Source: a virus | Lineage: Duplodnaviria; Caudoviricetes | Virus record (IMG/VR): IMGVR_UViG_3300030330_003390 | Coordinates: 1 to 37,846 of that record | Strand: one strand, 5' to 3' | Length of the DNA stretch: 37,846 bases | Position numbers and translations under genes: made by a program | Part shown: piece after piece, positions 7,601 through 16,929 of the stretch | How positions within the stretch are numbered: the stretch's first letter is position 1 | How the letters are laid out: the number at the start of each line of letters is the position of its first letter | The notes under the pieces: model-generated | The model's input: the letters and a program-made list of their open reading frames with translations, nothing else | What the model was told of the DNA's origin: nothing | The model's database searches: none

Positions 7601-10600
7601 CTCTATCAATTAATGTTTCATCAAAATCAAAAGCGCTCATACCTCTAGAAGATTTACTATATTTTATAGGGGTTCTAGCGTTTTTAATTGCAATGTTTAA
7701 ATTTAAAGCGCCAGGTGACTTACTAAATTTTAAAGAATGACTTACAGCTTTTAATATTATTTTCGCGTCTTGTTTGTTAGACATGTTTAAATTAGATCTA
7801 CCAATAACATCGCCATCTATACGGCTCATTAATCTAGCATTAACAGTGTGTTTTCCAACAAACTTTTTTGTTTTTGGTATTTTAGAAGTTCCGTTTTGAG
7901 AATATAGTTTAAAATTACCTTCAAAATAAGGCACTTCTATATTGTGATTTCTTTTTATATAATTTTTAATTTTTATGTTTCTTTCGTTTATTATTTCATT
8001 ATCTGTTTTTAATAAAAAGAAACCATTTTCACCAATATTAATAGCACCATTTCCTTTTTCTACCATTCTGCTTGTCACAACATCGCTACTTAATTCTACA
8101 CTAGCTTCATTCCAAAGCTTTGCTAATTCTTTTTTAATTTTAGGATTTGCATAGTCCGCTATACTAATAGCATTACTAGAGCTTGTTATTTTAGAATCTG
8201 AAAGCTTTATTATTTTTTGTATTATTGGTTTAAGCTTTTTTTGTATATCTTCCATAGCGTCTTTAGCTAAAGGGCTTGTTGGTTTAGTTGATTTAAAAAC
8301 TATTTCGCCATTAACAACTTTAAAGTTTAATGTTTCAGAAACAGTTCTAGCTTGATCCATTTTTATTTCAATACTATATATTTTACTAGCATCTTGAGAC
8401 GCTTCAATCATTACGTCATTAGCTAATCCAGATTCTGTAACTTTTTTATTTATTTTAACATCTTTAATATTAGCTTCATTAGCAACTTCGTTTAAAATAT
8501 CTAAATGAATTTGCTCATATATTTTGTAAACTTTATCTATTTTTTGCTTTCTACCAGGCTTACCTTTTTTTGCAGCTATTTTTTGTTTTCTATATCTTTT
8601 TATGGTTTCCTCTAATAATGCTTCATTTTTAATTTCACCACTATCTGTGTATACGCTAGCGTTATATATAGAACTAACTAAGTCATAAATAATCGCACTA
8701 GATTGCTCTAACTCTTTTTTATCTACATTTCTTGGATATAAACCTTGAACAGTAGATAAAGTTTGTGCTTTTGCCCCTTCTTGTTTAAGAATTTCAAGAT
8801 AATCTCTTGATACTTTTATTTCAACATCAGTAGATATAGAAAATTTTAAGTTTATATTTCTATTTATAGTAGATGATAAAACTTCAATATCATCGTCCAT
8901 TAAAGTTTCGCCTTTTAAATCAGCTAAATCTTGTCTTTTTTGTAAAACACTTGGCTCCTGTGCAACTTGCATTGTAGCATCATAATTTAAAGAAGCAGAT
9001 AAGTGTTTAGCTAGTTGATCTTTTCTAGTTCCTCTTAAACCAGATCTTTTTCCTGTTTTAGGATTTATTAGTGGTTGATCAAAAAATTTAATAAACTGAG
9101 CCTCAGTAGGCATTATTTTTTCATAAAGACTTACAGACTGACCTTTGTCTATAGTGTTTAATGCTGATGGTGGTAATAAATTATTATCAACAGCATTTTG
9201 CACTTCTTGTTTATTAGTTAATTTTTTAACAAATTTAGTAAAAACTTTTTCGTTATCTGGTAAATTTCTTTCCATTTGAACCAAGTCAGCTGTGAACATA
9301 GCGTTGACTATAGGCTCTCTAAGTTTTTTAATAGTAGGTATATATTTGTTACCTGTGCCAAGCATATTTTTTACTTGCTTGAATAAATATGTAGAAGATT
9401 CTGTAGTTAAATCTCTTTGTATTTGTCTAGCAGTTCGCCCAGCGTCATAAGCTCTAATTAAAACTTTACGAGCGGTTTCTAATATTCTATTATATACTTC
9501 TCCTCCAGTTTCAATACCCATAGCTTTTCTAAGATCAGAATAAGTAGGCTTTGTTTTCTTTGTAGCCTCTCTTTTTCTTCTAGCTTCAGCAGCAAGAGAT
9601 ATATCTTGCTCTTCAAGTTCTTTCATAGCTACATCTTGCTCAGCTTCAACTTGTACTTTTACTTCTCCTTCTTTTGTTCTATCATCAACGTCTCTAGCTG
9701 TTCTTTCTTGTTCAGCTTGTTTGTATTCTTTATTGTAAACATTACCAGCTTTATTTGCTAGCTGGCTATTTATCCAAGCAAATAAATTATCATTAATTTC
9801 TGGATTAAAATTTCTAATATGATTTGTAAGTTCAGTATAAACTTTATCTACAAAATCTACAGGTACTCTATCGCCTTTAAACTTAGCAGCAATTAAATCA
9901 TCTAAATAACCACTTTGTTTTATTTCTGTAATAGCGTTATCAGCACCTCCTTTGTCCCACGAATCTTTACCACCTTTAAAACTATATGTATTACCTATTT
10001 CTTTTATACTTTCAGATATTTGTTTTCTAGCATCTTCAGACAAAGATTTTTTACGCATAGTTTTTACTTGTCCTTTTTCATCAACAGTTTGTAGTCTAGA
10101 AGATTCTATTCTAGCATCAAGAATTTTAGTACCCATTAATTTACCTAATAAACCTTGTCTATTAATGTTATCATTATAGTTTTTAATAAACTTAACTAAA
10201 TCTTGTGCTGTTTCTATTTTAACATCTTGTAATCCAAAACCTAATAAAACGCTATCAAACTTATTTCTTAAACTACTAGTACCAGCGTCACTTAAATTTA
10301 TTTTTTCTTTAGATATTAAGTCTGAAAATACATTTATATATTCTTCTAAAGCGCCTTCTTTAATATTTCCATCTTTATCTGTATAGTGATCATCTATTCT
10401 TTTTTGAAGTCTACTATATACGTCTTCATGATTTTTTTGTAAATAAGATTTAAGATCTTCAATTAAAGGCATCATCGAAGCGTTGTCAGTTTTAAATTGT
10501 CTTGAGATCATGTAATGTAAAAGCTCATGACCAACTACATTAGTAGCGCCTCTTAAATTAGCTTTTTGTTTGTTAATATAAATCTGTGCTTTACCATTTT

Positions 10601-12158
10601 TATTTTTACCAACAAAAATACCATCAGCCTTTTCATCAAAATTAACATCACCTTCTTTTATTATCTTATTTATTTGGTCTTGATTTTCTAATATTTTAAC
10701 GTCTAAATCCTCTCTGTTTACACCTTTTAACTTTTTTAATCTTTTTTCAATTATTTCTGATGCGACTAGAGCTTCACCAATTAATTTTTCAACTTCAATG
10801 TCTTTAGCAGTATATTCAGTACCTAATAAATCAAAGTTTTGTTGTATTAGCTCTAAATTTTCTTTTTCAGCAGTTTCTTGTGTGTTAATAGTATATCTAT
10901 TATTTCCTATTCTACTGTTGTTTTTATTTATTTTATCTAAATTTGAAGCATATTGTTTTAATTCTTTATCAGACATGTTTTCAAAAGAATTATATAAGTT
11001 TTCTTCTAAATTATCTCTTTTTTGAACTAATTCTTTAATTCTATCTTCAAAATCTTTTTTATTAAACTGATCTGCATTTTCTAAATCTTTATTTGCATCT
11101 GCTATTTGCGCACCTATATCAAAATATTGTTGCTTCCATTTTTTTGGTGATATATGTTTGTAAAGATCTTTTTTGTCTTTTTTCTTAAACGAAGAAACAC
11201 CACCTCCAAAACCACCAAGTATAAACGCTGGTATCGCAGAGTTAATAACACCAGAAGCGTAGTCTCTAATAGTTTTTTCATCACCGTATATCCAAGCGTC
11301 ACCTGATGTTTGTATAACAGAGTTAACACTTTCTGTCATCGCTTCTCCTACACCACCAGCAAACATTCTTTTTACAGCTGTATTTAAATAAGGCTCAACA
11401 AATTCTTTTACTATTGTTGAGTTAGGAACGCCTTTTGTTTTCATGCCGTAAACGCCTCTAGCAAATTTTCCACCAAGATATTCAGTTCCCCACTCAGAAA
11501 TACCAGCTAATAACGAGTTTTTAATAATTTGATCAGATGTAAGGTCTGTTCTATGTATAATATCATCTTTATAATTACCACCAGCAGCAGAAAGGCCTAA
11601 TATAGCACTACCGTAAACTGGATTTGCTATTGATAGAACCATACTTGGTGCCGATTCAAAAGCATTTTGCACATATAAATCAGCTGCCGCAAGGTATTCT
11701 CCAGCAGAAATTAACTGATCACCATTAAGTTCTTGCCCCGTAGCCTCATCGACGTATTTTGTTTCAAAAACATCGTAAAAATCATCATCTAAAAAAAATG
11801 GTAAATTAGCATCTCTTCTTATTGCTCGCTGTCTTTTTTGCTCGTCACTATATCCCATTATTTCGTCAAATGCCATATAAAAACTCTCACCTAAACCAAC
11901 AGATATCTCAGCTGTACCACCTACAAATCTAGCTATATAAGGCAACGCCCAATTAGCTATTTCATCTAAAGGGCCTGAATAATCAGGAAGCTGAAAACCA
12001 CGTATTTTTTTTACATTTCCTTTGTAGTCAGAAATTATTGCGGTTCTTGTGTCTAAAGGAACAGTAGATTGTTGTTCTTGTATAAGGTCATATTGTTGCT
12101 GACTAATTAGAAAAAGATCATGAAAATCAATATTTAAATTGTTATTACCGTTTGACAT
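4683..12158 (-). CDS. Giant polyvalent internal virion/ejection protein (zincin HExxH, sigma-region-2-like segment, PD-(D/E)XK-like segment, HAD-family domain, helical C-terminal region)
   Basis: 2491 aa; third of three genes after the tail module. GHELLH at 10515-10532; DFDETL at about 7611-7628 with ITAR and FVDD; D...IEIK at about 8360-8420; Gly/Ala-rich hydrophobic helices near the N-terminus. Confidence 0.75.
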   Translation of the reverse strand: MSNGNNNLNIDFHDLFLISQQQYDLIQEQQSTVPLDTRTAIISDYKGNVKKIRGFQLPDYSGPLDEIANWALPYIARFVGGTAEISVGLGESFYMAFDEIMGYSDEQKRQRAIRRDANLPFFLDDDFYDVFETKYVDEATGQELNGDQLISAGEYLAAADLYVQNAFESAPSMVLSIANPVYGSAILGLSAAGGNYKDDIIHRTDLTSDQIIKNSLLAGISEWGTEYLGGKFARGVYGMKTKGVPNSTIVKEFVEPYLNTAVKRMFAGGVGEAMTESVNSVIQTSGDAWIYGDEKTIRDYASGVINSAIPAFILGGFGGGVSSFKKKDKKDLYKHISPKKWKQQYFDIGAQIADANKDLENADQFNKKDFEDRIKELVQKRDNLEENLYNSFENMSDKELKQYASNLDKINKNNSRIGNNRYTINTQETAEKENLELIQQNFDLLGTEYTAKDIEVEKLIGEALVASEIIEKRLKKLKGVNREDLDVKILENQDQINKIIKEGDVNFDEKADGIFVGKNKNGKAQIYINKQKANLRGATNVVGHELLHYMISRQFKTDNASMMPLIEDLKSYLQKNHEDVYSRLQKRIDDHYTDKDGNIKEGALEEYINVFSDLISKEKINLSDAGTSSLRNKFDSVLLGFGLQDVKIETAQDLVKFIKNYNDNINRQGLLGKLMGTKILDARIESSRLQTVDEKGQVKTMRKKSLSEDARKQISESIKEIGNTYSFKGGKDSWDKGGADNAITEIKQSGYLDDLIAAKFKGDRVPVDFVDKVYTELTNHIRNFNPEINDNLFAWINSQLANKAGNVYNKEYKQAEQERTARDVDDRTKEGEVKVQVEAEQDVAMKELEEQDISLAAEARRKREATKKTKPTYSDLRKAMGIETGGEVYNRILETARKVLIRAYDAGRTARQIQRDLTTESSTYLFKQVKNMLGTGNKYIPTIKKLREPIVNAMFTADLVQMERNLPDNEKVFTKFVKKLTNKQEVQNAVDNNLLPPSALNTIDKGQSVSLYEKIMPTEAQFIKFFDQPLINPKTGKRSGLRGTRKDQLAKHLSASLNYDATMQVAQEPSVLQKRQDLADLKGETLMDDDIEVLSSTINRNINLKFSISTDVEIKVSRDYLEILKQEGAKAQTLSTVQGLYPRNVDKKELEQSSAIIYDLVSSIYNASVYTDSGEIKNEALLEETIKRYRKQKIAAKKGKPGRKQKIDKVYKIYEQIHLDILNEVANEANIKDVKINKKVTESGLANDVMIEASQDASKIYSIEIKMDQARTVSETLNFKVVNGEIVFKSTKPTSPLAKDAMEDIQKKLKPIIQKIIKLSDSKITSSSNAISIADYANPKIKKELAKLWNEASVELSSDVVTSRMVEKGNGAINIGENGFFLLKTDNEIINERNIKIKNYIKRNHNIEVPYFEGNFKLYSQNGTSKIPKTKKFVGKHTVNARLMSRIDGDVIGRSNLNMSNKQDAKIILKAVSHSLKFSKSPGALNLNIAIKNARTPIKYSKSSRGMSAFDFDETLIDRGENFIIATSPNGEEVRISSADWPIQGPDLQSKGYTFDFKDFVNVRGGVEGPLLQKLKNRINKFGPENTYIITARPSESETAIHEWLKTQGITIPLKNITGLGNSTGEAKALWVAEKFAQGYNDIYFVDDALPNVTAVKNMMEQLDIKGKAVQAKVKFSKDMDPEFNKILEEVSGIDAKKRFSDAKAKRRGKGKGRFRFFVPPSHEDFVGLLYNFMGKGRKGEQHRDFFEKSLIKPLNKAYRELNRAKQAIANDYKSLIKQMPDVRKRLSEKILKDDYVIEDAVRVYLWDKAGFEIPGLSKTDKAKLVEIVKSDSELLEFADQIGRISRIDEGYVEPGEHWDVGNIKFDLVDATGRVGRAKFFTEFIENSDIIFSPENINKIKAIYGENFVEALKDMLYRIKTGSNRPTSKNRLVNAWLDYINGSVGATMFFNMRSALLQQLSFVNFINFADNNVFKSAAAFANQKQFWKDFSMIFNSDFLKQRRAGAAFDVNTNEIAREVSRSKNPVRAAIKYLLNIGFTPTQIGDSFAIAIGGASFYRNRLKTYLKQGLDQSAAEEKAFNDFMEIAEATQQSARPDMVSQQQASPLGRLVLAFQNVTSQYVRIIKKSSLDLVNRRKSPPYTTQAQSDMANLSKIVYYGAVQSMIFYGLQSAVFAMLFDDDEKDEKFFKLKKDRIIGGTIDSILKGSGVGGAVVSTVKNYVYKLVENQKSDAYFKTPAWEELLQISPPIGIKIRKLRSAERTLEWNKDVMKEMSVFDIDNPLWDMTTIFIEGTTNAPINRLHRKLDNIRAGLDSENEWWQRVFLFGGWDQWSLGVEDTAVEEVKKDLKERQKQINKETKLKKKYPDKTKEEIKIIQTEKQVYDLNKREQIKILEANDLNPKDYPKEADRVDAIMNLREKNQYKIDSTLTAIENYVPTVEEKMSIDLFNLNKKEQIDKLLELGISPKIIKTLKYEEDRVNKIIEIQNKNKSKK

Positions 12159-12169
12159 GTGTTTTTAAT

Positions 12170-14110
12170 TTAAGGATTGGTTTTAAGCATACTGTGCGCA
12201 CTTTGCGCGGCATTATTATTACGAAGTATCATTGCTTTTACTAATTCAACAAAATATTTTGAATTATTATAATCATGTTTTCCACCCCAGCTGTTAAAGT
12301 GAACTTGATAAGCAATGCCTGAATTTGGATGGCGTACTTCAAAAACATTTCTTTTTCCTATAAAATCAATTTTAAAACCATATGGATTTAAAAGATGTCT
12401 TAAAGCGTTTTTAACTTTTTTCTGTCCTCCAGGCATGCTACCATAAGAAAATATATAATCAGTAAATTTTACGCCATCCACCTCAGATTCTTCAGCTAAT
12501 ATCATATTTAATCTTTCTATAAATTTCCCATATGCTTCTTCACCACTTTTACTAGTGTATTGATCTGGATTATTATTAATATCTTTATTAAAATATTCTG
12601 TTAGCCGTTCTTCTTCACTACCTTTAATTTCTTTAGTTTCTTCATCTTCTTGTTGTGGCTTTCCAAGTATTTTTCTTGAATACTCTTCAAGCATTTTTTT
12701 AACGTCTTCTTTTCCTCCTTTCGCGTCGTCTCTCAGTGTTGCTTCTTTTCTATATATACTACTTAAAATCAGTGACCATAATTTATCATAATCAGCGTTT
12801 TCTAAATTGTATGCAACATTCTCTCCAAAATTAATCGAATATGTACCATCTTCGTTTGGTATTAACTCACCAGTGTATCGTATGCCTCTAGGAAATATAG
12901 TAAATTTTAAATACTCTTTTGGCTTGTCTTCATCACTCGCGCCAGTAGTATATGTTGCTATAGAGCCTTCTTGTGATTGACTAGTAGAAGAAGTAGTAGT
13001 AGTAGAGCCACCCATGCTTTCAATAATCTTCTTTAAGTTTTCTGTTGTTGTATCTTCTTGATTCTGGATTATTTCAAATTTTTCTTTAGTAATATTTTGT
13101 TTTTGTTGATTATTTTGAATTATATTTTTTTGATTATTTTTTTTTCCATCTTTATCATTTGCTTCATTATAAGCGCCAAAGCCTTTATCATAATATTGAC
13201 CTTTAATTACGTCTAATAAATGATCACCAAAAGCATCAATCAAACCGTCATCGGTTTTATATTCTTCATAAACCTGATCATAACCTTCGTCTCCAGGTTT
13301 TTTACCTGTTTTTTCATATATATATTGATGTATAAATTCTACTTGTTGACTATCATCAAGTAAACTTCCAGTTTTTACACCTTCATAAGCAAAGTTTAAA
13401 ACTCTATCTTTTCCGTTTACTCTAAACATTTGCTCTATAGCTAATCTATAATCTGACTCGTTAAAATCTCTACCTGTTTTACCATATTGATAAGCCGACT
13501 CTGTTAATGTTAAATAGTCTTTTATTATATTGCCATCATCTATAAAAGCGCCTTTATAATCAATAATTCTTTTTGTTTCTCCATCTGCACCAACATATGT
13601 TGCATAACCATCTTCATTAATACTAAAAGTTTTATACACCTCACCGTTAGCAAAGTTACTATGATCTAACCTGTCGTTTTCGGTAACTGAGCCAGCTAAA
13701 TCATTAACTGTTTCTAAAGAGTTTTTAGTACTGAGCTGTAAAGCGGTCATGCTAGTGTTTAAATTTTCAAATTTAGTTTTAACACTATTCATAACTTCTA
13801 TAGCTTCTTGGTACTTTTTACTATTTGGAAAAGCGGTAGCAACTATTTGAGCCGCTCTAGCGTACTCGTTTTTATATTTTGTTAAAAACTCTGTTGTCTG
13901 AGCCCTTAATTCTTCAGGAACTTTGTCGATAGCAATGCCATTAGGCATTTTTTCTAACAACTCTTGTGTTTTTGTTAAAGAGCTTTGTAATTGCTTATTC
14001 AACGCGGTTACAATTGGTTGAAACGCAGCTGAATAATTTTTCATTTTAGTATCTATCTCAGGTGCTCCTCCACCAAAACCTATCTTGTAGTATATGTTTT
14101 CGTTAGCCAT
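12170..14110 (-). CDS. Probable internal virion (ejection) protein
   Basis: 646 aa, helical and charged; lies between the pilot-like gene and the giant gene, as in podoviruses. Confidence 0.55.
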   Translation of the reverse strand: MANENIYYKIGFGGGAPEIDTKMKNYSAAFQPIVTALNKQLQSSLTKTQELLEKMPNGIAIDKVPEELRAQTTEFLTKYKNEYARAAQIVATAFPNSKKYQEAIEVMNSVKTKFENLNTSMTALQLSTKNSLETVNDLAGSVTENDRLDHSNFANGEVYKTFSINEDGYATYVGADGETKRIIDYKGAFIDDGNIIKDYLTLTESAYQYGKTGRDFNESDYRLAIEQMFRVNGKDRVLNFAYEGVKTGSLLDDSQQVEFIHQYIYEKTGKKPGDEGYDQVYEEYKTDDGLIDAFGDHLLDVIKGQYYDKGFGAYNEANDKDGKKNNQKNIIQNNQQKQNITKEKFEIIQNQEDTTTENLKKIIESMGGSTTTTSSTSQSQEGSIATYTTGASDEDKPKEYLKFTIFPRGIRYTGELIPNEDGTYSINFGENVAYNLENADYDKLWSLILSSIYRKEATLRDDAKGGKEDVKKMLEEYSRKILGKPQQEDEETKEIKGSEEERLTEYFNKDINNNPDQYTSKSGEEAYGKFIERLNMILAEESEVDGVKFTDYIFSYGSMPGGQKKVKNALRHLLNPYGFKIDFIGKRNVFEVRHPNSGIAYQVHFNSWGGKHDYNNSKYFVELVKAMILRNNNAAQSAHSMLKTNP

Positions 14111-14126
14111 ATTTTTTTTAATTTAC

Positions 14127-15194
14127 TTATAATTCGTACCTTGTTGGGTCGTTCATCATTTCGTTTATTTTATTTTGTATATAAGCAGAGTCTCCTCCTC
14201 CATCAGGATTCCATACTCCAGTGCCTTGCATTTCAACTCTTTTGTTTATAAGAGCGTTAATATCAAAGTTAGCATATTTTTGAGCATAAGCAGCATCTGT
14301 ACCTTGTGCTTGAGAAGTATCTACACCTTGAAAGGCTCTTCTTGTAGCATCTCCAGCTTGCTTACCAGCCTGTGTACCATCGTCTGTGTTTGTATTTACT
14401 ACTTTTTGACTTGGATCAGGTGGTGGTGGAGTGCCAAAACCTGGATCAAACATACCGCCAGCAGCATACGTACCTACTTGAGCTCCAGCCGCTAAAAGAG
14501 AGCCAACGCCGCCAATAATAGCAGACTCTTGTTGCATTTCAGCTTCCATTTGACCAGTTCTAAATTGCTGCTGCGCCATTTGCTGACCAGATCTTAAAGC
14601 AATTAAGTCTCGTGATCTTTGAAGCTCATCTTGCTGTTTTAAATACTCTCCATAAGCAATTTTATTTTTCGCCGCTGTTTCAGCATCTTGAACCGCTGCT
14701 GCGCCTCTAGCTGCTAATCTTTGATTTACCGCTTCTTGCTGTCCAATACTTGCTGCTGCTCTAGCATTTTGAACTGTAGCTTGATTTGCCATAGCCTGTG
14801 CTAAACCAGCCACACCACTTGAACCAGCCGCGCCTCTAAGATTTGCTAATATATTTGTTCTACTTTGAGCTGCTTGTCTAGCCTCAAACTCAGCTTGTTT
14901 TTGATTTATAGTTAAATCTTCATAAGGATTTTCAAATTTAGTCTCTATATTTTCATAAGGATTTTTAAACTCAAGCCCCAATAAATCTTTTCTAGCTTGC
15001 TTGTAATTTGCATCTGCTATTTCTCTTTCCTCTTCTAAAAAATCTTCTTGTCTTTTACCTGCTCTATAATTTGAATAAGCATTTACACCAGCGCTAACAA
15101 GCCCACCAACTAAGCCTCCTAAAGCCATAACAGCTAAAGGGGTAAGCTTTAAAGGGCTTTTTTTCATTGGTGTTGTTTTTTTACCTACTGCCAT
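14127..15194 (-). CDS. Probable DNA ejection/pilot protein
   Basis: Gly/Ala hydrophobic segments (LAVMALGGLVGGLVSAG; IIGGVGSLLAAG) flank a Gln/Ala-rich coiled coil; basic TPMKKSPLK leader. Confidence 0.65.
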   Translation of the reverse strand: MAVGKKTTPMKKSPLKLTPLAVMALGGLVGGLVSAGVNAYSNYRAGKRQEDFLEEEREIADANYKQARKDLLGLEFKNPYENIETKFENPYEDLTINQKQAEFEARQAAQSRTNILANLRGAAGSSGVAGLAQAMANQATVQNARAAASIGQQEAVNQRLAARGAAAVQDAETAAKNKIAYGEYLKQQDELQRSRDLIALRSGQQMAQQQFRTGQMEAEMQQESAIIGGVGSLLAAGAQVGTYAAGGMFDPGFGTPPPPDPSQKVVNTNTDDGTQAGKQAGDATRRAFQGVDTSQAQGTDAAYAQKYANFDINALINKRVEMQGTGVWNPDGGGDSAYIQNKINEMMNDPTRYEL

Positions 15195-15210
15195 ATTATT
15201 GTATTTTTAT

Positions 15211-15230
15211 TATTTTATAGTTACACTTTT
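15211..15230 (-). promoter_or_regulatory. Candidate phage promoter motif GTAACTATAAAATA
   Basis: Intergenic; starts 30 nt before the ATG at 15194; resembles the motif at 4656-4675. Confidence 0.3.
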
Positions 15231-15244
15231 TCATTTTTATTTAA

Positions 15245-16498
15245 TTATCCGACTGTTAGTATGTTGTCTAAGTTTAAAGTTGCTTGAAAATTTTCATCTC
15301 CAAATCGCAAAATATATAAAGTAGCTTTTATTTTTGCAGACCTACTACTACCAGTAAAAGTCATTGTTTGTCCATTTTCTAAAGTTTGATTTGAACTAAC
15401 AGTAACGCTTACACCGGCGTTAACAGCGTCAACGTGTGGTAAGGTTGATGTTACGCCTAATCCACGCATTGTTGTGTTCTCTGATGCCTTTATACCGTCT
15501 GTGCTAGCTATTGGTATAGTACTGTTATTACTTACAGTATCGTCTGTTGTTGTTACCACTGGATCTAAAGATACTGATGCTTTGTCTAAAGTAAAAAAAG
15601 TATTATATAAAGTTTCAGCACCTCTAGAGCCTTTATCTTTTATAGTTATAACATCATCATCATTTAAACTACTAGTTCTATCAAAAGTAACAGTTTTTGT
15701 ATCTTTAACAACTTTAGAAATAACAGAGTTACTGGTTACTCTTGTACCAGAAACTTCTTGACCAATTCTTAATTCATCAATGTCGTTTAAAATAGCTGTA
15801 GCAACACTACTCGTAGCACCATCTACTATTTTAGTTCTAGTAACTTCAAAATCTGTTATTACGGGTTGTCTAGCTATTACAAACTGACTACTTGACAAAC
15901 TAACATCCCACTCTATATCAACACGCGTTTGTTCTGGTACAATTTTTCTTTTATTTTTAAAAACATCGTTATACTCTTGTCTATCTGCAGTGGGAACAAA
16001 ATTTCTAGGCTTGGTTATTGTTACGTCGCTAGGTAAAGTATTATATGTCGCAGAGTTAGCAGGTGAAGCTAGTGAAAATGTAATAGTAACATCTGTAAAC
16101 TTATGTATTGAACTAGGCCTTTTTAATGTTCCGCTCTCGTCTTTTTCTGTATTTTCATTTTCAACTTTATGGTGAATATTGTTATTAAAATTAACACCAG
16201 ATAATTCTGTATTATAATGTGGTTCTGCATACAAGTGTATATTATACTCATCATCATCTGTTATAGCTGGAAATTCTATATAATCAGAATAAACAGTAGA
16301 AGTCATTTTTTTATCAGATAATCTATAATAAGTTGATGTAAATGTCTTAGTTTCAAAATTATAATAATGAGTGTCCTCGTTAGTAACTTCTAAACTAAAA
16401 TAAGCACCTATATCACCCGTTATTTTAAAATATCTTTGGACAACACCAGCTCGCATGTCAGAAGTATCTATATAAAAACTTTTTATTTTTTTTGTCAT
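15245..16498 (-). CDS. Probable tail-associated structural protein with two small beta-barrel-like repeats
   Basis: Thr/Ser/Val-rich beta composition; located in the tail module. Confidence 0.55.
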   Translation of the reverse strand: MTKKIKSFYIDTSDMRAGVVQRYFKITGDIGAYFSLEVTNEDTHYYNFETKTFTSTYYRLSDKKMTSTVYSDYIEFPAITDDDEYNIHLYAEPHYNTELSGVNFNNNIHHKVENENTEKDESGTLKRPSSIHKFTDVTITFSLASPANSATYNTLPSDVTITKPRNFVPTADRQEYNDVFKNKRKIVPEQTRVDIEWDVSLSSSQFVIARQPVITDFEVTRTKIVDGATSSVATAILNDIDELRIGQEVSGTRVTSNSVISKVVKDTKTVTFDRTSSLNDDDVITIKDKGSRGAETLYNTFFTLDKASVSLDPVVTTTDDTVSNNSTIPIASTDGIKASENTTMRGLGVTSTLPHVDAVNAGVSVTVSSNQTLENGQTMTFTGSSRSAKIKATLYILRFGDENFQATLNLDNILTVG

Positions 16499-16500
16499 AA

Positions 16501-16917
16501 TTATTGGCTGCTTGTTTGTAACTGTGCTGTTATTCTAAATAATTCAGCTTTTTTAGGTGAGTTGTTTTTAACTCTTGCTTTAGAGTAATAACCTGTTAAA
16601 CCAGACGTGTTAACACAATTATCTTTTGAAAACATAATAAAATAATTGTTTAAGTTTAATCCTGTAGTTACACCTAAATTAGGTATATTAGAATAACCGT
16701 CTATATCAAAAGTTATTTGATGTTGAGATTGGCTAATTATATCTACACTTGTAATAGGACCTATTAAATGTATATTAGCACCATTGCTAGTTTGATATTG
16801 ATCATCAAAATCAACATTTTGCAAAACATTATTAGAAGTTTCTACAAAATAACCAACGTCTCCAACTTGAACAGATGTGTTTAAAGAACCATTAAACGTA
16901 AGTGTTAGTGTTGCCAT
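16501..16917 (-). CDS. Tail protein resembling the extreme C-terminus of crAss-like stabilisation/muzzle proteins
   Basis: FSKDNCVNTSGLTGYY...KNNSPKKAELF motif. Confidence 0.5.
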   Translation of the reverse strand: MATLTLTFNGSLNTSVQVGDVGYFVETSNNVLQNVDFDDQYQTSNGANIHLIGPITSVDIISQSQHQITFDIDGYSNIPNLGVTTGLNLNNYFIMFSKDNCVNTSGLTGYYSKARVKNNSPKKAELFRITAQLQTSSQ

Positions 16918-16929
16918 GTGTTAAGTATT

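Noticed and set aside
4683-12158. crAss-type virion RNA polymerase
   Set aside because: No DxDxD catalytic loop seen; DFDET belongs to a HAD motif I with matching downstream motifs.
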